DNA of 64,000 nucleotides, taken from positions 1,993 to 65,992 of the forward strand of contig CAZVLA010000023.1 of the NCBI GenBank assembly GCA_964627805.1, given 5' to 3'. Position 1 is the stretch's first letter, and the number at the start of each line of letters is the position of its first letter. The notes beneath the pieces are model-generated. The model was not told the origin of the DNA and searched no databases. It saw only the letters and a program-made list of their open reading frames with translations. Origin of the DNA: an uncultured Desulfurococcaceae archaeon (GTDB taxonomy: Archaea > Thermoproteota > Thermoprotei_A > Sulfolobales > NBVN01). The translations under genes and the position numbers were made by a program. Below, piece after piece: positions 8,336-18,513 of this stretch.

Positions 8336-10198
8336 TTGAGGTGTACATTATTGATACCAGGGGGAGCGTTAATAGCTATAGCCCTGGCCATCTACGCTCT
8401 CTTCTACTTCACTCACGGTAAGTACCTACAGAAGGCAGTAGTTAAGGCGGATCCTAAGAGACCTACACCAGCACACAAGCTCAGAGACGGCGTGGACTAC
8501 GTACCAGCTAATAAGTACGTACTATACGGACACCACTTCGCTAGCATCGCTGGTGCAGGACCTATAGTAGGTCCTGCAATTGCTCTAGGCTGGGGCTGGT
8601 TACCGTCAATACTATGGATATGGTTCGGTAACGTATTCGTCGGTGTAGTCCATGACTACCTATCACTAATGAGTAGCGTTAGGTACGACGGTAGGAGCAT
8701 CGGGTGGGTAGCTGGTAAGATGATGGGTAGGAAGGCGTTCTTCGCCTTCAACGCCTACATATGGTTCGCGTTAGTGCTGGTAGTAGCTGCATTCGGATAC
8801 GTTATCTCAGCGTTATTCAGCTTAACACCAGGTGCTGGAGTAGCTTCACTATTACTGATAGGCTTCGCAGTAATCACTGGACTCCTAATGTACAGAACAC
8901 CATTAGGATTCAAGGGAGGTACAGTCATAGGCTGGATCTTCATCATAATATCGATAGCTGTAGGTTACTACGTACAGATGCAAGGGTTAAGTATAGGCTT
9001 CAACACATGGATATGGATACTACTGATCTACATCATCATAGCAGCATCAATACCTGTGTGGGTACTACTACAGCCTAGGGACTACATGAACGCCTACATA
9101 CTATGGGCTAGCCTAGCAATAGGTGGCGGTGCTATGATATGGCTAGCAATAACTGGTAGAGGAGCACTCACGTGGCCAGCATACACGACATGGTCAGCTA
9201 ACATAGTTGGTGGTCACCCATCACCGTTCTGGCCATGCGTACCACTAATCATCGCCTGTGGCGCACTATCAGGATTCCACAGCCTAGTGGGTTCAGGTAC
9301 TAGCAGTAAGCAGTTAGATAATGAGTTACATGGACTACTAATAGGTTATGGAGGTATGTTAACTGAGGGCTTCTTATCTACTATGGTAGTAGCTACCATG
9401 GGTGCTTACGGAACACTAGCACTAGCTGATATGATATTCAAGAAGGCTAAGGCAGGTTTCGTAGTCACCGTAGCTAAGGCATTAGGTATAGGAGCTATAA
9501 CTTCAAAGCAAGCAGCCCTCAACATGGCTCAGACACTAGCTAGTAACCCGGCACTATTCGGTAAGTACTACGCACTACTAGCTAGTAAGCTTAAGTGGGG
9601 AATCATACCACTGAGCTACGCATACGCAACACACTACGCATTCGGCCTCGACGTACTAGCGATGACGATCTTCGCCACCCTATGGATAACAGCCTTCGCA
9701 TTAACGTCACTAGACACAGCTACTAGGTTAGGTAGGTACGCGTGGCAGGAGCTCATGGAGCCTCTAAAGGGAGTTAGTGAGGGTGCCTACAAGTTCCTAT
9801 CAAATAAGTGGTTCGCATCAATACTACTAGCATGTATAGGTATAGCACTAGCAGCTACTAAGCAGTTCCTAGTGATATGGCCTGCATTCGCAGGTATGAA
9901 TCAGCTACTAAGTAGCTTAGCACTAATGACTGTAGCTGTATGGACTATTAAGGTGCAGAAGGCGCCAGGGTTAGGTAAGGCGTTAGTAGTTGCTCCAGCA
10001 GTATTCATGTGGATAACCACGACAATAGCGTTACTATGGTACGAATTCACGGTAGTACCTCCACTACTAGCTAAGGGAGGGAGTGCAGCATTAACAGGTT
10101 CAGTAGTAGCTGGTGTAACAGCTATAGGTATAGGTCTTAACATACTAATACTGGCGCTATGGATTAGGAGACTAGCTAAGGCTGGTGAGATAGAGTAA
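8336..10198 (+). CDS. cstA: Carbon starvation protein CstA-family transporter (probable true start TTG at 8351)
   Basis: PTPAHKLRDGVDYVP, LYGHHFASIAGAGPIVGP, GVVHDY, IACGALSGFHSLV, KQLDNE, GYGGMLTEG, TSLDTATRLGR, IWPAFAGMNQLL. GAGGTG RBS at 8338-8343 precedes an in-frame TTG at 8351. Confidence 0.95.
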   Translation: MRCTLLIPGGALIAIALAIYALFYFTHGKYLQKAVVKADPKRPTPAHKLRDGVDYVPANKYVLYGHHFASIAGAGPIVGPAIALGWGWLPSILWIWFGNVFVGVVHDYLSLMSSVRYDGRSIGWVAGKMMGRKAFFAFNAYIWFALVLVVAAFGYVISALFSLTPGAGVASLLLIGFAVITGLLMYRTPLGFKGGTVIGWIFIIISIAVGYYVQMQGLSIGFNTWIWILLIYIIIAASIPVWVLLQPRDYMNAYILWASLAIGGGAMIWLAITGRGALTWPAYTTWSANIVGGHPSPFWPCVPLIIACGALSGFHSLVGSGTSSKQLDNELHGLLIGYGGMLTEGFLSTMVVATMGAYGTLALADMIFKKAKAGFVVTVAKALGIGAITSKQAALNMAQTLASNPALFGKYYALLASKLKWGIIPLSYAYATHYAFGLDVLAMTIFATLWITAFALTSLDTATRLGRYAWQELMEPLKGVSEGAYKFLSNKWFASILLACIGIALAATKQFLVIWPAFAGMNQLLSSLALMTVAVWTIKVQKAPGLGKALVVAPAVFMWITTTIALLWYEFTVVPPLLAKGGSAALTGSVVAGVTAIGIGLNILILALWIRRLAKAGEIE

Positions 10199-10323
10199 GG
10201 TAAATAGTTTTATGAGTAAAAACAAAAACGTACCATAAAAGTTTTTATTAATACTAACATAGTGGATTAATTAATGCTAACTTATTTAATAGCTAATCAT
10301 AATTACCGTAGCGGGGACGGGAT

Positions 10324-10605
10324 GTGGGTGGAGGATTAAGTAGGTTTCTTAAGTCATTAACTGAGGCAATCGTAGGTACGTTTAAGGGTAAGTCGCTGGA
10401 GTATGTTGAGGTTGAGCTTAGGGAGCTTGAGAACGTATTCGCCTTAATAGTTATGGGTTCATTCATAGGCCTCCCAAGCCCACCAATGACCATATCACTT
10501 AAGTTACTACCGCATATGGGTAGGGAATTAATTATAGCGTCAAGGGTTAGTGAGAGGCTAGATGATATGCTTGGTGAGATGGCTGGGTTATTTGAAGTTT
10601 CATGA
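10324..10605 (+). CDS. Small CstA/ArsA-associated protein (resembles the 'cory-CC-star' family)
   Basis: ELRELENVFALIVMGSFIGLPSPP...LKLLPHM; position between cstA and an ArsA-type ATPase is characteristic. Confidence 0.6.
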   Translation: MGGGLSRFLKSLTEAIVGTFKGKSLEYVEVELRELENVFALIVMGSFIGLPSPPMTISLKLLPHMGRELIIASRVSERLDDMLGEMAGLFEVS

Positions 10606-10615
10606 GGTGGTTTGA

Positions 10616-11602
10616 ATGGTTAATTACAGAGTGGTTTTCTTCATGGGTAAGGGTGGCGTCGGTAAGACTACCATGGCCGCTACTTACTCACTAATGAAGG
10701 CATTAAATGGCGCTAGGGTACTTACGGTTAGTTTAGACCCAGCGCATAACTTAGGTGATGTATTCGGTACGGAATTAAGTGAGAGACCTAAGGAGGTCGT
10801 AAAGGGTTTACAGGCTATCGAGATTGACTACGACGCTATGATTAAGAAGCACTTAAAGAGATTAACTGATAAGATTAAGGACATCTACGGCTACTTAAGG
10901 ATATTCAATCTAGATAGGTACGTAGACGTACTACAGCACTCACCAGGTGTTGAGGAGCAGGCAGCTCTTGAGAGGATACTCGAGATCCTCAAGGATAATG
11001 AGAGGAGGGGTAAGTATGACTTAATAGTGTTTGATACCCCACCTACGGGCTTAATGCTTAGGATTGTAGCACTACCTACGATATCACTGATATGGGTTGA
11101 GAAGCTCCTTAAGCTTAGGGAAGCAATACTGACTAGGAGAGCAGCTATTGAGAGGATAGCTGGTGAGGCACCGAGGGTTGAGGTAGGTGGTGAAGTCATT
11201 AAAGCAGCTACGAAGCCTGAAGAGGACCCCATATACCAGGAGTTACTGAGCATTAAGTCTGAGTACAGCTTCATAAATGAAGTATTTAAGGATAGGTCAA
11301 GGACGTACTCAGTCCTAGTAATAAACCCTGAGGTACTCCCAGTACTTGAGGCTAAGAGGGCTAAGGACTTCCTAAGTAGGTTAGGTATGGGTGTTAAGTA
11401 CTTAATAATTAATAAGTTAATCAGAATGAGTAACCCGCCAGAGGAGCTCAGGTTGAGGATGGAGTTCCAGAGGAAGGCACTTGAGTTAGCTAATCAGTAC
11501 TTTAGTGACTTAAGGGTTATTGAGGTACCCTACCTAAGTAGGGAGCCTAGGGGTGTTGAGGAGCTTAAGGGACTAACCAAATTCTTGAGTGTGATGGAGT
11601 AA
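10616..11602 (+). CDS. ArsA/GET3(TRC40)-family ATPase
   Basis: Deviant Walker A GKGGVGKTT, SLDPAHNLGD, SPGVEE, FDTPPTG, VINPEVLPVLE, INK. Confidence 0.9.
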   Translation: MVNYRVVFFMGKGGVGKTTMAATYSLMKALNGARVLTVSLDPAHNLGDVFGTELSERPKEVVKGLQAIEIDYDAMIKKHLKRLTDKIKDIYGYLRIFNLDRYVDVLQHSPGVEEQAALERILEILKDNERRGKYDLIVFDTPPTGLMLRIVALPTISLIWVEKLLKLREAILTRRAAIERIAGEAPRVEVGGEVIKAATKPEEDPIYQELLSIKSEYSFINEVFKDRSRTYSVLVINPEVLPVLEAKRAKDFLSRLGMGVKYLIINKLIRMSNPPEELRLRMEFQRKALELANQYFSDLRVIEVPYLSREPRGVEELKGLTKFLSVME

Positions 11603-12255
11603 TGGATCTAAACACCTTACTAACTACGGTATTCCCAATAATAATAGCTCTAGCAGCTGCAGCTACACTTCAGTTCTATAGGGGTAGGAAGCGTAACTTA
11701 GTTATTCTTGAGGATACCATAAAGTCTATGGAGAGTATATACAGACCGATAGATAAGAACTACACGATAATAGGTATCTACATAGGTTACACAGCCCAGT
11801 ATAAAGTAATTAAGAGGGGTATAGGTACTGTGGAAGTTACCGTACTATTAATACCTAGGCAATCACTCTTCTACCTCCCAATAGCTAAGCTAACATCAAG
11901 GTTTGATAGGGTATTCATACATTACTTCTACAGAGGTAAGGTACTTCATGAAGCACACGTAATTAAGAAGGGCTACTATAGGTTAGGCATTAAGCGTGAG
12001 ATAAGGGGTATTGAGAAGATGATGGTTACTGAGGAAGTCATTAACGGTCAGAGTTACTACCTAATATACACTAATAGAGACGCTGTAGAGCCCCTACTTA
12101 AGTTCGTTAAGTCCCTACCAGACCCTACCGTAGTTAATCACGTAGCCCTAGTACCAGCTAATAACAGTCTATACCTAGCAGCTAAGTTAGATGTTAAGGT
12201 ATTCGATACCTTAATAAAGGAATCCTACGAATTAGCTTCTAAGTTAGCTCCTTAA
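11602..12255 (+). CDS. Conserved hypothetical membrane-anchored protein, translationally coupled to the ArsA-like ATPase
   Basis: N-terminal TM helix followed by a soluble domain; TAATG stop/start overlap at 11602. Confidence 0.65.
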   Translation: MDLNTLLTTVFPIIIALAAAATLQFYRGRKRNLVILEDTIKSMESIYRPIDKNYTIIGIYIGYTAQYKVIKRGIGTVEVTVLLIPRQSLFYLPIAKLTSRFDRVFIHYFYRGKVLHEAHVIKKGYYRLGIKREIRGIEKMMVTEEVINGQSYYLIYTNRDAVEPLLKFVKSLPDPTVVNHVALVPANNSLYLAAKLDVKVFDTLIKESYELASKLAP

Positions 12256-12587
12256 GTACTTCCCACTAATGAGTTTAAGTAATTAATTAAGTCCTTAACA
12301 TCACCACTTAAAGCCCTCAATATCAAGTCATCCTTACCCTCAAGCAAGGGCTTAAACACTATCTTAATAACTTTAGCAGTAACACTCTTAGATCTGAAGT
12401 GGTTATTCACGACATTCAGGAAAGCGTTTAAGTCCCTATTAACCAACTCCTTAATACCTACTCCATACTTAGCCATCGACATAGCTTCTAAGTAGACGTA
12501 CAGACCCGGGAAAGCCCTCCTTAAATTCCTTACTACTAACTCGCCCAAGTCAGTATGACCTCCACCGTAACTGCTCATTACCATCAC
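12252..12587 (-). CDS. Small helical hypothetical protein, probable partner of the upstream KaiC-like ATPase
   Basis: Overlaps the ATPase 3' end, same strand, codon usage matches the host. Confidence 0.55.
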   Translation of the reverse strand: MMVMSSYGGGHTDLGELVVRNLRRAFPGLYVYLEAMSMAKYGVGIKELVNRDLNAFLNVVNNHFRSKSVTAKVIKIVFKPLLEGKDDLILRALSGDVKDLINYLNSLVGST

Positions 12588-13992
12588 TACTCACCCTCCT
12601 ATACCCGCTCTTAATTACGTACCTACTGCTGCTTAAGTCGTAACATAGCATGATCGGTCTAGTTGGTTTAAGTTCTATCGTCTTAGTGACTGTTATGTAA
12701 AGGCATGGAAGTCCTTCATAAACTGTCATCTTAACCGTTATTATGAAGTCGTATATGTTGAAGAACTCGGGATGTGTTTCCAGTATCTTCCTTGAGAACG
12801 TGTAGAATGCTGTAATACCTAACTTCCTCCTAACCCATACGTTATTCATGTGCTCCTTAAATATCTCAGTCATGTCGGCAGGTATTATCTCCATAGAATC
12901 AGCTACTAGGAAATCCTCCTTAAGCTTTAAGTCGAGGCTCCTATTATCAGTAGCTATAGCGTAAAGAGGCTTTGAGGTTGGGTTTACTGAGACGTAGATT
13001 AGTTCGTAGTCCTTCTTAGGTCTTGATGTATCAAGCATTAAATGCTCCATGAGTAGGCAGGACCTCTCAAGCGCCTTTAAAGTAGTTGGTGAGTGTGCGT
13101 AGGACCTAATAACTAATCTACCGCCGTACTTACTAGCTAATGCCCTAGCTAGGCATAGAGCTATGTAGAATGAGACTTTAGGTGCGTAGGATATGACAGC
13201 TACTTGAGAACCCCTATTAATACCGCCACCTAAGGCTTCATTGAAGTACTCATTATCTAGTGTGTAGATAACTTCAGCACTAGGTGGTGGTATCTCCTCA
13301 AGCCTAACTGGTGGGTACAGTCTAATACCCTCACCACTAACTATATCAAACGGTATTCTCGAATAAGGTATTGGAGAGCCCCTCATCTTCCTAATCTCCA
13401 TCTCCCTAACTAAGAAACCACCACTACTCCTAGCCTTAAGTATTATGACCCCATCAGCTAGGAACTCCTCAACAGCCTCACCAATCCTAGCCTCCTCAGA
13501 AGCTTCTAGAATTAGTAGTGAAGTAACTCCTAACCTCTTCAGACCACTAATCAACATATCCTTAAGAGCCTCCCTAACCTCACCCTCCTTAAAGGCCTGT
13601 AGTATAGCTGATGTTGAGTCAATAACCACCCTCTTAGCCTTAACCCTAGTGACCTCAGCTATTAAGTCCTTAATAACCTCAACAGCAGCATCCTCAGTAA
13701 TCACCTCAACACCCTCAACATACCTAAATAAGCCCCTCTTCTCCAACTCCTCAAAATCCATACCTAAAGTCGACATAAAGTCCATGAACTCGCTCCTAGA
13801 TTCTAAGAAACTCAAGTAGACACCAGCTTCACCGTATCTCCTAGCACCTTCGTACACGAACTTAGCAGAGAATACCGTCTTACCCGTCCCTGGAGCACCA
13901 GCAACTATTACTGCAGCACCTCTAGGGAATCCACCACCTAGTAACTCATCAAGACCTGCGATACCCGTAGGGCACCTACTTATTCTACGCAT
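12550..13992 (-). CDS. KaiC/RecA-superfamily (aKaiC/RAD55-like) ATPase with a degenerate second domain
   Basis: CPTGIAGLDELLGGGFPRG, Walker A GAPGTGKT, Walker B VVIDS, EEFLADGVIIL, IRKMRG. The second half (FNEALGGGINRGSQVAV) lacks a Walker A. Confidence 0.88.
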   Translation of the reverse strand: MRRISRCPTGIAGLDELLGGGFPRGAAVIVAGAPGTGKTVFSAKFVYEGARRYGEAGVYLSFLESRSEFMDFMSTLGMDFEELEKRGLFRYVEGVEVITEDAAVEVIKDLIAEVTRVKAKRVVIDSTSAILQAFKEGEVREALKDMLISGLKRLGVTSLLILEASEEARIGEAVEEFLADGVIILKARSSGGFLVREMEIRKMRGSPIPYSRIPFDIVSGEGIRLYPPVRLEEIPPPSAEVIYTLDNEYFNEALGGGINRGSQVAVISYAPKVSFYIALCLARALASKYGGRLVIRSYAHSPTTLKALERSCLLMEHLMLDTSRPKKDYELIYVSVNPTSKPLYAIATDNRSLDLKLKEDFLVADSMEIIPADMTEIFKEHMNNVWVRRKLGITAFYTFSRKILETHPEFFNIYDFIITVKMTVYEGLPCLYITVTKTIELKPTRPIMLCYDLSSSRYVIKSGYRRVSSDGNEQLRWRSY

Positions 13993-14289
13993 AAGTAACT
14001 ACCTCACCACTTCGTACGTGCCTTCAACCAAGAATAAAGGATGTTAAGACCTAAATAAGCCTAGCTACTACCTCTCCAAAGTGATTTTACTACTTAATCG
14101 ATCCTCAGTCGCTAACTGATCATCTGAAGTAATGCCTGTAGATAGCGCAGAACATCCTCAACTCAATAATTAAGCGTAATTAGTATGTATTAGGTAGTGA
14201 TTACTCAGTAATAAGTCGTGATTAATGACTCAAGACTACTGTTAGTAAGTAGCTACACTACCCTTAAAACTAATTAATTAGTAATTAAC

Positions 14290-14613
14290 GTGGTGGAGGT
14301 AGTGCTCGAGTTTGATGTGAAGAGATTTAAGGAGCTCTTCCCCCACTTAGCTAAGGAAATACTTGAGGGACCCCCGAGAATAGGTAGGGACCCCCTAGAG
14401 GGTTTCCTACCAGGTCCCGTGGACTACATAAGGAGATGTAGGACCGTTAAGGAGGCTGAGGAAGTTATTGATTACCTAGAGAGGAAGGGTGAGATAAGTA
14501 AGGAGGAAGCTGAGAGGTTGCGGAGGCAGTTAAGGGAGAAAGGACTTGAAAGCTTCGGACCTAGGAAAACACCGGGTTACTACTTTAGGTACGCGGCAGG
14601 TCTTGAGGAGTAA
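14290..14613 (+). CDS. DUF2095-family protein
   Basis: FKELFPHLAKEI, PGPVDYIRRC, EAEEVIDYLERKGEIS, GLESFGPRKTPGYY. Confidence 0.75.
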   Translation: MVEVVLEFDVKRFKELFPHLAKEILEGPPRIGRDPLEGFLPGPVDYIRRCRTVKEAEEVIDYLERKGEISKEEAERLRRQLREKGLESFGPRKTPGYYFRYAAGLEE

Positions 14614-16134
14614 TTACGGTGTAACTACGTCACCCTTAAGGACACCCCAACCCTTAATTACCTTGAAAACTCCCTCACTTACGGGCTCATTACCTAAGTA
14701 CTTAACTACTAAGCAATTACCTAAGTACTTAGGTACTACGTAATTAAGTACCACTACGTACCTACCCTCCTTAGTAACTGGTAAGTATACCTTAGCACTT
14801 AATGAGTTACTTAGGTACTTAAGGGGAGTCGATGATGTTACTGCTAGACTCTTATTCACTAAGTCAGCACTTAATAACCAGTACTTACTAAGTAACTTAC
14901 CCTCAATAGTAACTTCGAGAACTACGTACGAGGGCGCCTTACGTACCTCAACCCCCACTAGTACACCTTCAGCATGATTTACTAGCGGTAACTTAGTGGA
15001 TTCACCAACACTTAAGTACGTGACTCTATGGGGTGATGCTAAATCATAGGTCACTACCTCCAGATTACCTAAGTACTTCCTAGGACTAAAGATAACGTAA
15101 GTATTACCTGACGGTCTCCTAAACTCTAGGTAAACACCCTTAATTACCTTGCCATGACTACTGAAGCCCTTCCAAACAACTACTCTTGAGGGTATAGCTA
15201 CGGAGTCCATAGGTACTATGAAGCCCGTAGGCCTCCATGAGGTACTTAAGAACCTGTGAATGAAGCAGGTACTTAAGTTATTAGGTATAGTGAATGCTGT
15301 TAAGTCCTTAGTACCTCCTAAGCCCTTAAGGACTAGCAACTCGTCCTCACTAACGTTAACTACCTTAACGGGCAAGTACTTTAGGGGGTACTTAATCACT
15401 AATGAGTACTTAACCCACTTACTTAAACCTACTGGCTTAACCTTAATTAACTGAATGAATGCCTTAACTGAAGCATTAACTACCTTAACCCTCACTAAGT
15501 ACTTAACACTACATCCCTCTCTAATCAATAACCAATTACTTAAGCAGTACTTAGGGACTTTAACGTCCTTGAGTCGTGTAGTACATATACTCATAGTGAA
15601 TCTATTACCACGGTCATCAGTTACGTAAGCATTTACATTAACGTAGGCATTATCACCAACCCTAACTGGTAACACCTTAACTACGGTGTAAACCATGTAC
15701 TCACTACTTATTATGAATTCCTTAGTTAGAACATCCTCAGTAACGCCTTCATACTTAAGTACGTAATGCTTAACCCTAACTACCCTCCTTAACGTACTTC
15801 TTCCGTAGGTTGAGGTTAAGGTTATCCTTGACTTAGTAGTTACCTTAGTTGATGTGGTTAGTGACGACTTAATTACTGACTTACTAGCACCACCTCCGCT
15901 ACTTACCACTATTGATTTAGCACCACCCCCCTCAGCAGTATCTTTAGTTAATGATGTAGGTGATTTTATTGAGTACTTGGTGGTACTGCTGGCTAAGGAG
16001 GTGCTAGTTAATGGGGCTTTAGTAGTTAAGGTATGGCTTAAGTTCGTTCCGAGGCAGTAGTTACTGATTACGAAGTAAGTTACTAACGCAATAATTAGGA
16101 CCGTAGCTACGGTAACTACTAAGTACTTACTCAT
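14614..16134 (-). CDS. Hypothetical exported protein with N-terminal TM and Ser/Thr-rich linker
   Basis: N-terminal hydrophobic helix, S/T-rich stretch (about aa 30-110), then a beta-rich region with recurring KYL(G/S)N motifs. Confidence 0.65.
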   Translation of the reverse strand: MSKYLVVTVATVLIIALVTYFVISNYCLGTNLSHTLTTKAPLTSTSLASSTTKYSIKSPTSLTKDTAEGGGAKSIVVSSGGGASKSVIKSSLTTSTKVTTKSRITLTSTYGRSTLRRVVRVKHYVLKYEGVTEDVLTKEFIISSEYMVYTVVKVLPVRVGDNAYVNVNAYVTDDRGNRFTMSICTTRLKDVKVPKYCLSNWLLIREGCSVKYLVRVKVVNASVKAFIQLIKVKPVGLSKWVKYSLVIKYPLKYLPVKVVNVSEDELLVLKGLGGTKDLTAFTIPNNLSTCFIHRFLSTSWRPTGFIVPMDSVAIPSRVVVWKGFSSHGKVIKGVYLEFRRPSGNTYVIFSPRKYLGNLEVVTYDLASPHRVTYLSVGESTKLPLVNHAEGVLVGVEVRKAPSYVVLEVTIEGKLLSKYWLLSADLVNKSLAVTSSTPLKYLSNSLSAKVYLPVTKEGRYVVVLNYVVPKYLGNCLVVKYLGNEPVSEGVFKVIKGWGVLKGDVVTP

Positions 16135-16190
16135 TAATTACCCCAATCTCTCACTACGCACACTTAAAATTAACCTTACTATTAAGGCTC

Positions 16191-16943
16191 CTAAGTTAAG
16201 TAATGCTTTACCTCAACCCCCTCAAGCATCTTATTAATCATTTCAACGTACTTACTAGCATCATCGATCGTTGATAGACCTAATCCGTAGGTCCTCACCG
16301 AGCCTCCAGTATCTATTATTAGTGATACCTTAGCTAGCCCTATTAACTTAAGTAGTGGGTTAGTATGTATTTCAGCACCTATTAAAGCACACCTAACTAC
16401 TCTCCTAGAATTACTTAGTGGTGTCCTAACTACCTCAGTGATTGAGTTAACCCCAATAATGACTAACCTAGATCTCCTAATACCAGCTAGTACAGTAAGT
16501 GCTAGTGAGGTAATTAAGGAGGTGAGGGATACGTACGTAGCCTCTACAATACCGCCTATGAACGCAATTACTAGTAAGGTAGCGACAGCTACTACGTAAT
16601 GCCTGATACTACTCCTGTACGTAATTAACGGTCTGCGTGACTTAATGAACGTAAGTACATCTATTAGCTCCTCCCTAAGTAACTCAACGAACTTCAGTAC
16701 CTCCCTACCTAACCTAGTGACTACGTACGAACCTCCCCTACCCTTAACTACTAATGATTCAAGCTTCTCTAAATGGTGCTTAAGAGTCCTTGAGTCCCTA
16801 ATACCGCACCTCCTCATGAGCTCGGTGAAAGGCAGTGGACCCTCACTACTTAATACCTCAAGAACCCTCCTACGTACTGGATTAGCTAAGGACTCGAAGA
16901 TCCTACTCATTAACTCCTCAACATCCCCTACATCACTACCCAC
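16191..16943 (-). CDS. ArsR-like wHTH protein fused to two TM helices and a C-terminal soluble domain
   Basis: FESLANPVRRRVLEVL...LKHHLEKLE...YVVTRLG wHTH, followed by a hydrophobic hairpin (YVVAVATLLVIAFIG / SLITSLALTVLAGI). Confidence 0.7.
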   Translation of the reverse strand: MGSDVGDVEELMSRIFESLANPVRRRVLEVLSSEGPLPFTELMRRCGIRDSRTLKHHLEKLESLVVKGRGGSYVVTRLGREVLKFVELLREELIDVLTFIKSRRPLITYRSSIRHYVVAVATLLVIAFIGGIVEATYVSLTSLITSLALTVLAGIRRSRLVIIGVNSITEVVRTPLSNSRRVVRCALIGAEIHTNPLLKLIGLAKVSLIIDTGGSVRTYGLGLSTIDDASKYVEMINKMLEGVEVKHYLT

Positions 16944-17002
16944 AGATGGTCACCCACGCCCTCGACTATGTCTCTTAAGAGTTATTGAGTATGATTAATA
17001 AC

Positions 17003-17722
17003 TTACTCTAAAAAGAACTTCTCAACCCTCCTACTAGCGTATATCACAGCAGTTAAGGCAAGTCCCGTAGCGGTTAACGCGGTTAAGAGTATCGCTATCG
17101 CGCTTAAGTAGTAGCTCCTATTAAGTGATAGGGTCGCATCTACATAACTATTAAGCATTACCCCATTAGTTACTTCAGGGACATTAATGGTCTTTGTTAG
17201 GTTAATGAGTACGTGCTCATTAAGGCTCAACCCCTTGAATATCAGTGTTAGTACGTAGTTACCACCGCTACTTACTGCCTTAGCACCTACTAGGTTCCCT
17301 CCCTTAATCACCTCATACTTACTCCCTAAGTGACCGAGTACGTACTTAATCACCGACTTACCCACTACCACGTAACCTACGCATGTAGTGTTGGTCGCTA
17401 GTACTGATGAGCCTACCGGGCTTAACCTCAGTGTAATCACTAATGACGTATTTACAGCATCCCTATTCACTAACTTAAGGAATGCACTGTAGTTCTCTTC
17501 ATTACCGCTAGTTAGTAAATCACCTACGGTAGTATTAAAGATCACTAAGTTACTGTAGGCAGTTAATTTACTGATTAACTTACCACTACCTCTACCAATA
17601 CTCACTCCGAACCACTCCGGGTGTACGTACCCTTGAAGAGCCATTGATGTAGCCATTACTAGCGGTACTAATACTATAGTTAATAATATGGGGATCAAGG
17701 CATACGCTACTCTATACCTCAT
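17003..17722 (-). CDS. Exported, C-terminally anchored hypothetical protein (start moved from 17806 to ATG at 17722)
   Basis: MRYRVAYALIPILLTIVLVP signal peptide. GGAGGTGAG RBS and ATGA overlap with the permease stop support 17722. C-terminal TM helix. Confidence 0.65.
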   Translation of the reverse strand: MRYRVAYALIPILLTIVLVPLVMATSMALQGYVHPEWFGVSIGRGSGKLISKLTAYSNLVIFNTTVGDLLTSGNEENYSAFLKLVNRDAVNTSLVITLRLSPVGSSVLATNTTCVGYVVVGKSVIKYVLGHLGSKYEVIKGGNLVGAKAVSSGGNYVLTLIFKGLSLNEHVLINLTKTINVPEVTNGVMLNSYVDATLSLNRSYYLSAIAILLTALTATGLALTAVIYASRRVEKFFLE

Positions 17723-18513
17723 AAACTCACCTCCGCGTAAGTACGGAATATTATTACGGCTAATGACGTCGTAGTAATTAGTGAGGCTACTGAGGCTATT
17801 AAGCACGGTAGGGCATCAGTTACTGAAGCACCTAAGAAGCTATGAATGTAGGTTAGCACTCCATAACTAGGTGTTAAGACAGAAGCTATTAAGTCACTTA
17901 CGTACTTACCCCTCATTACTGAACTAGTTACTGAGTAGATTAGGGGTATACCCACTAAGTACAGTATAGTCATTACCCAAGGAATGCCGGACTTCAGAGG
18001 TGTTAGTGAGTATATCAGCATACCTAACGATAGTATGTAAGTAATAGTAGGTACCGTACTCAGTAAGTATATCGCTAAGAGCTTAAGCCCTAACTCATAA
18101 CTAACTAGGATACCTGATAGGTAGTAAGTAATTACGTACCTAACGAACGCAGCTACTAAGGAAGCGGCTACAGCCATAGCAACTACTACGCAGTAACTAG
18201 CCTTAGTAATGTCTGACCTATTCACGGGTAAGAGCACAATAATTGATGACCCCTTCCTACCACTACTCAATACCTCAAGAGGTACTACCGAGGCAAGTGC
18301 TATTGCGAATGTTAGTGGCGTTACTAGTGAGTACCTAATCTGGGTTAGTAAGCTACCTAGTACACCCTTACTAACTAACCACTCAATACTACCTATTAAT
18401 GGTGTAGTTACTGAGAGTATACCTACGTAGAGACCAAGTAGTATTGAGGCTAGTACGAACATGGACTTATTAGTAGTTACTATGGTACTCATTAAGTCAA
18501 TTAACTTACTCAT
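17719..18513 (-). CDS. ABC-2-type transporter permease
   Basis: About 6 TM helices; LLPVNRSDITKAS resembles the ABC-2 'LxxPxsRxxixxgK' motif; coupled to an ABC ATPase. Confidence 0.75.
   Translation of the reverse strand: MSKLIDLMSTIVTTNKSMFVLASILLGLYVGILSVTTPLIGSIEWLVSKGVLGSLLTQIRYSLVTPLTFAIALASVVPLEVLSSGRKGSSIIVLLPVNRSDITKASYCVVVAMAVAASLVAAFVRYVITYYLSGILVSYELGLKLLAIYLLSTVPTITYILSLGMLIYSLTPLKSGIPWVMTILYLVGIPLIYSVTSSVMRGKYVSDLIASVLTPSYGVLTYIHSFLGASVTDALPCLIASVASLITTTSLAVIIFRTYAEVSL

Noticed and set aside
14095-14130. Minus-strand ATGATCA...CTGA resembling C and D boxes
   Set aside because: The spacer is only 8 nt, and there is no second box pair.
14685-14740. Repeated TTACCTAAGTACTTA as a possible CRISPR or mobile-element repeat
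   Set aside because: It encodes recurring KYLGN peptides within a CDS. There is no spacer periodicity, and no CRISPR array was found anywhere in the window.
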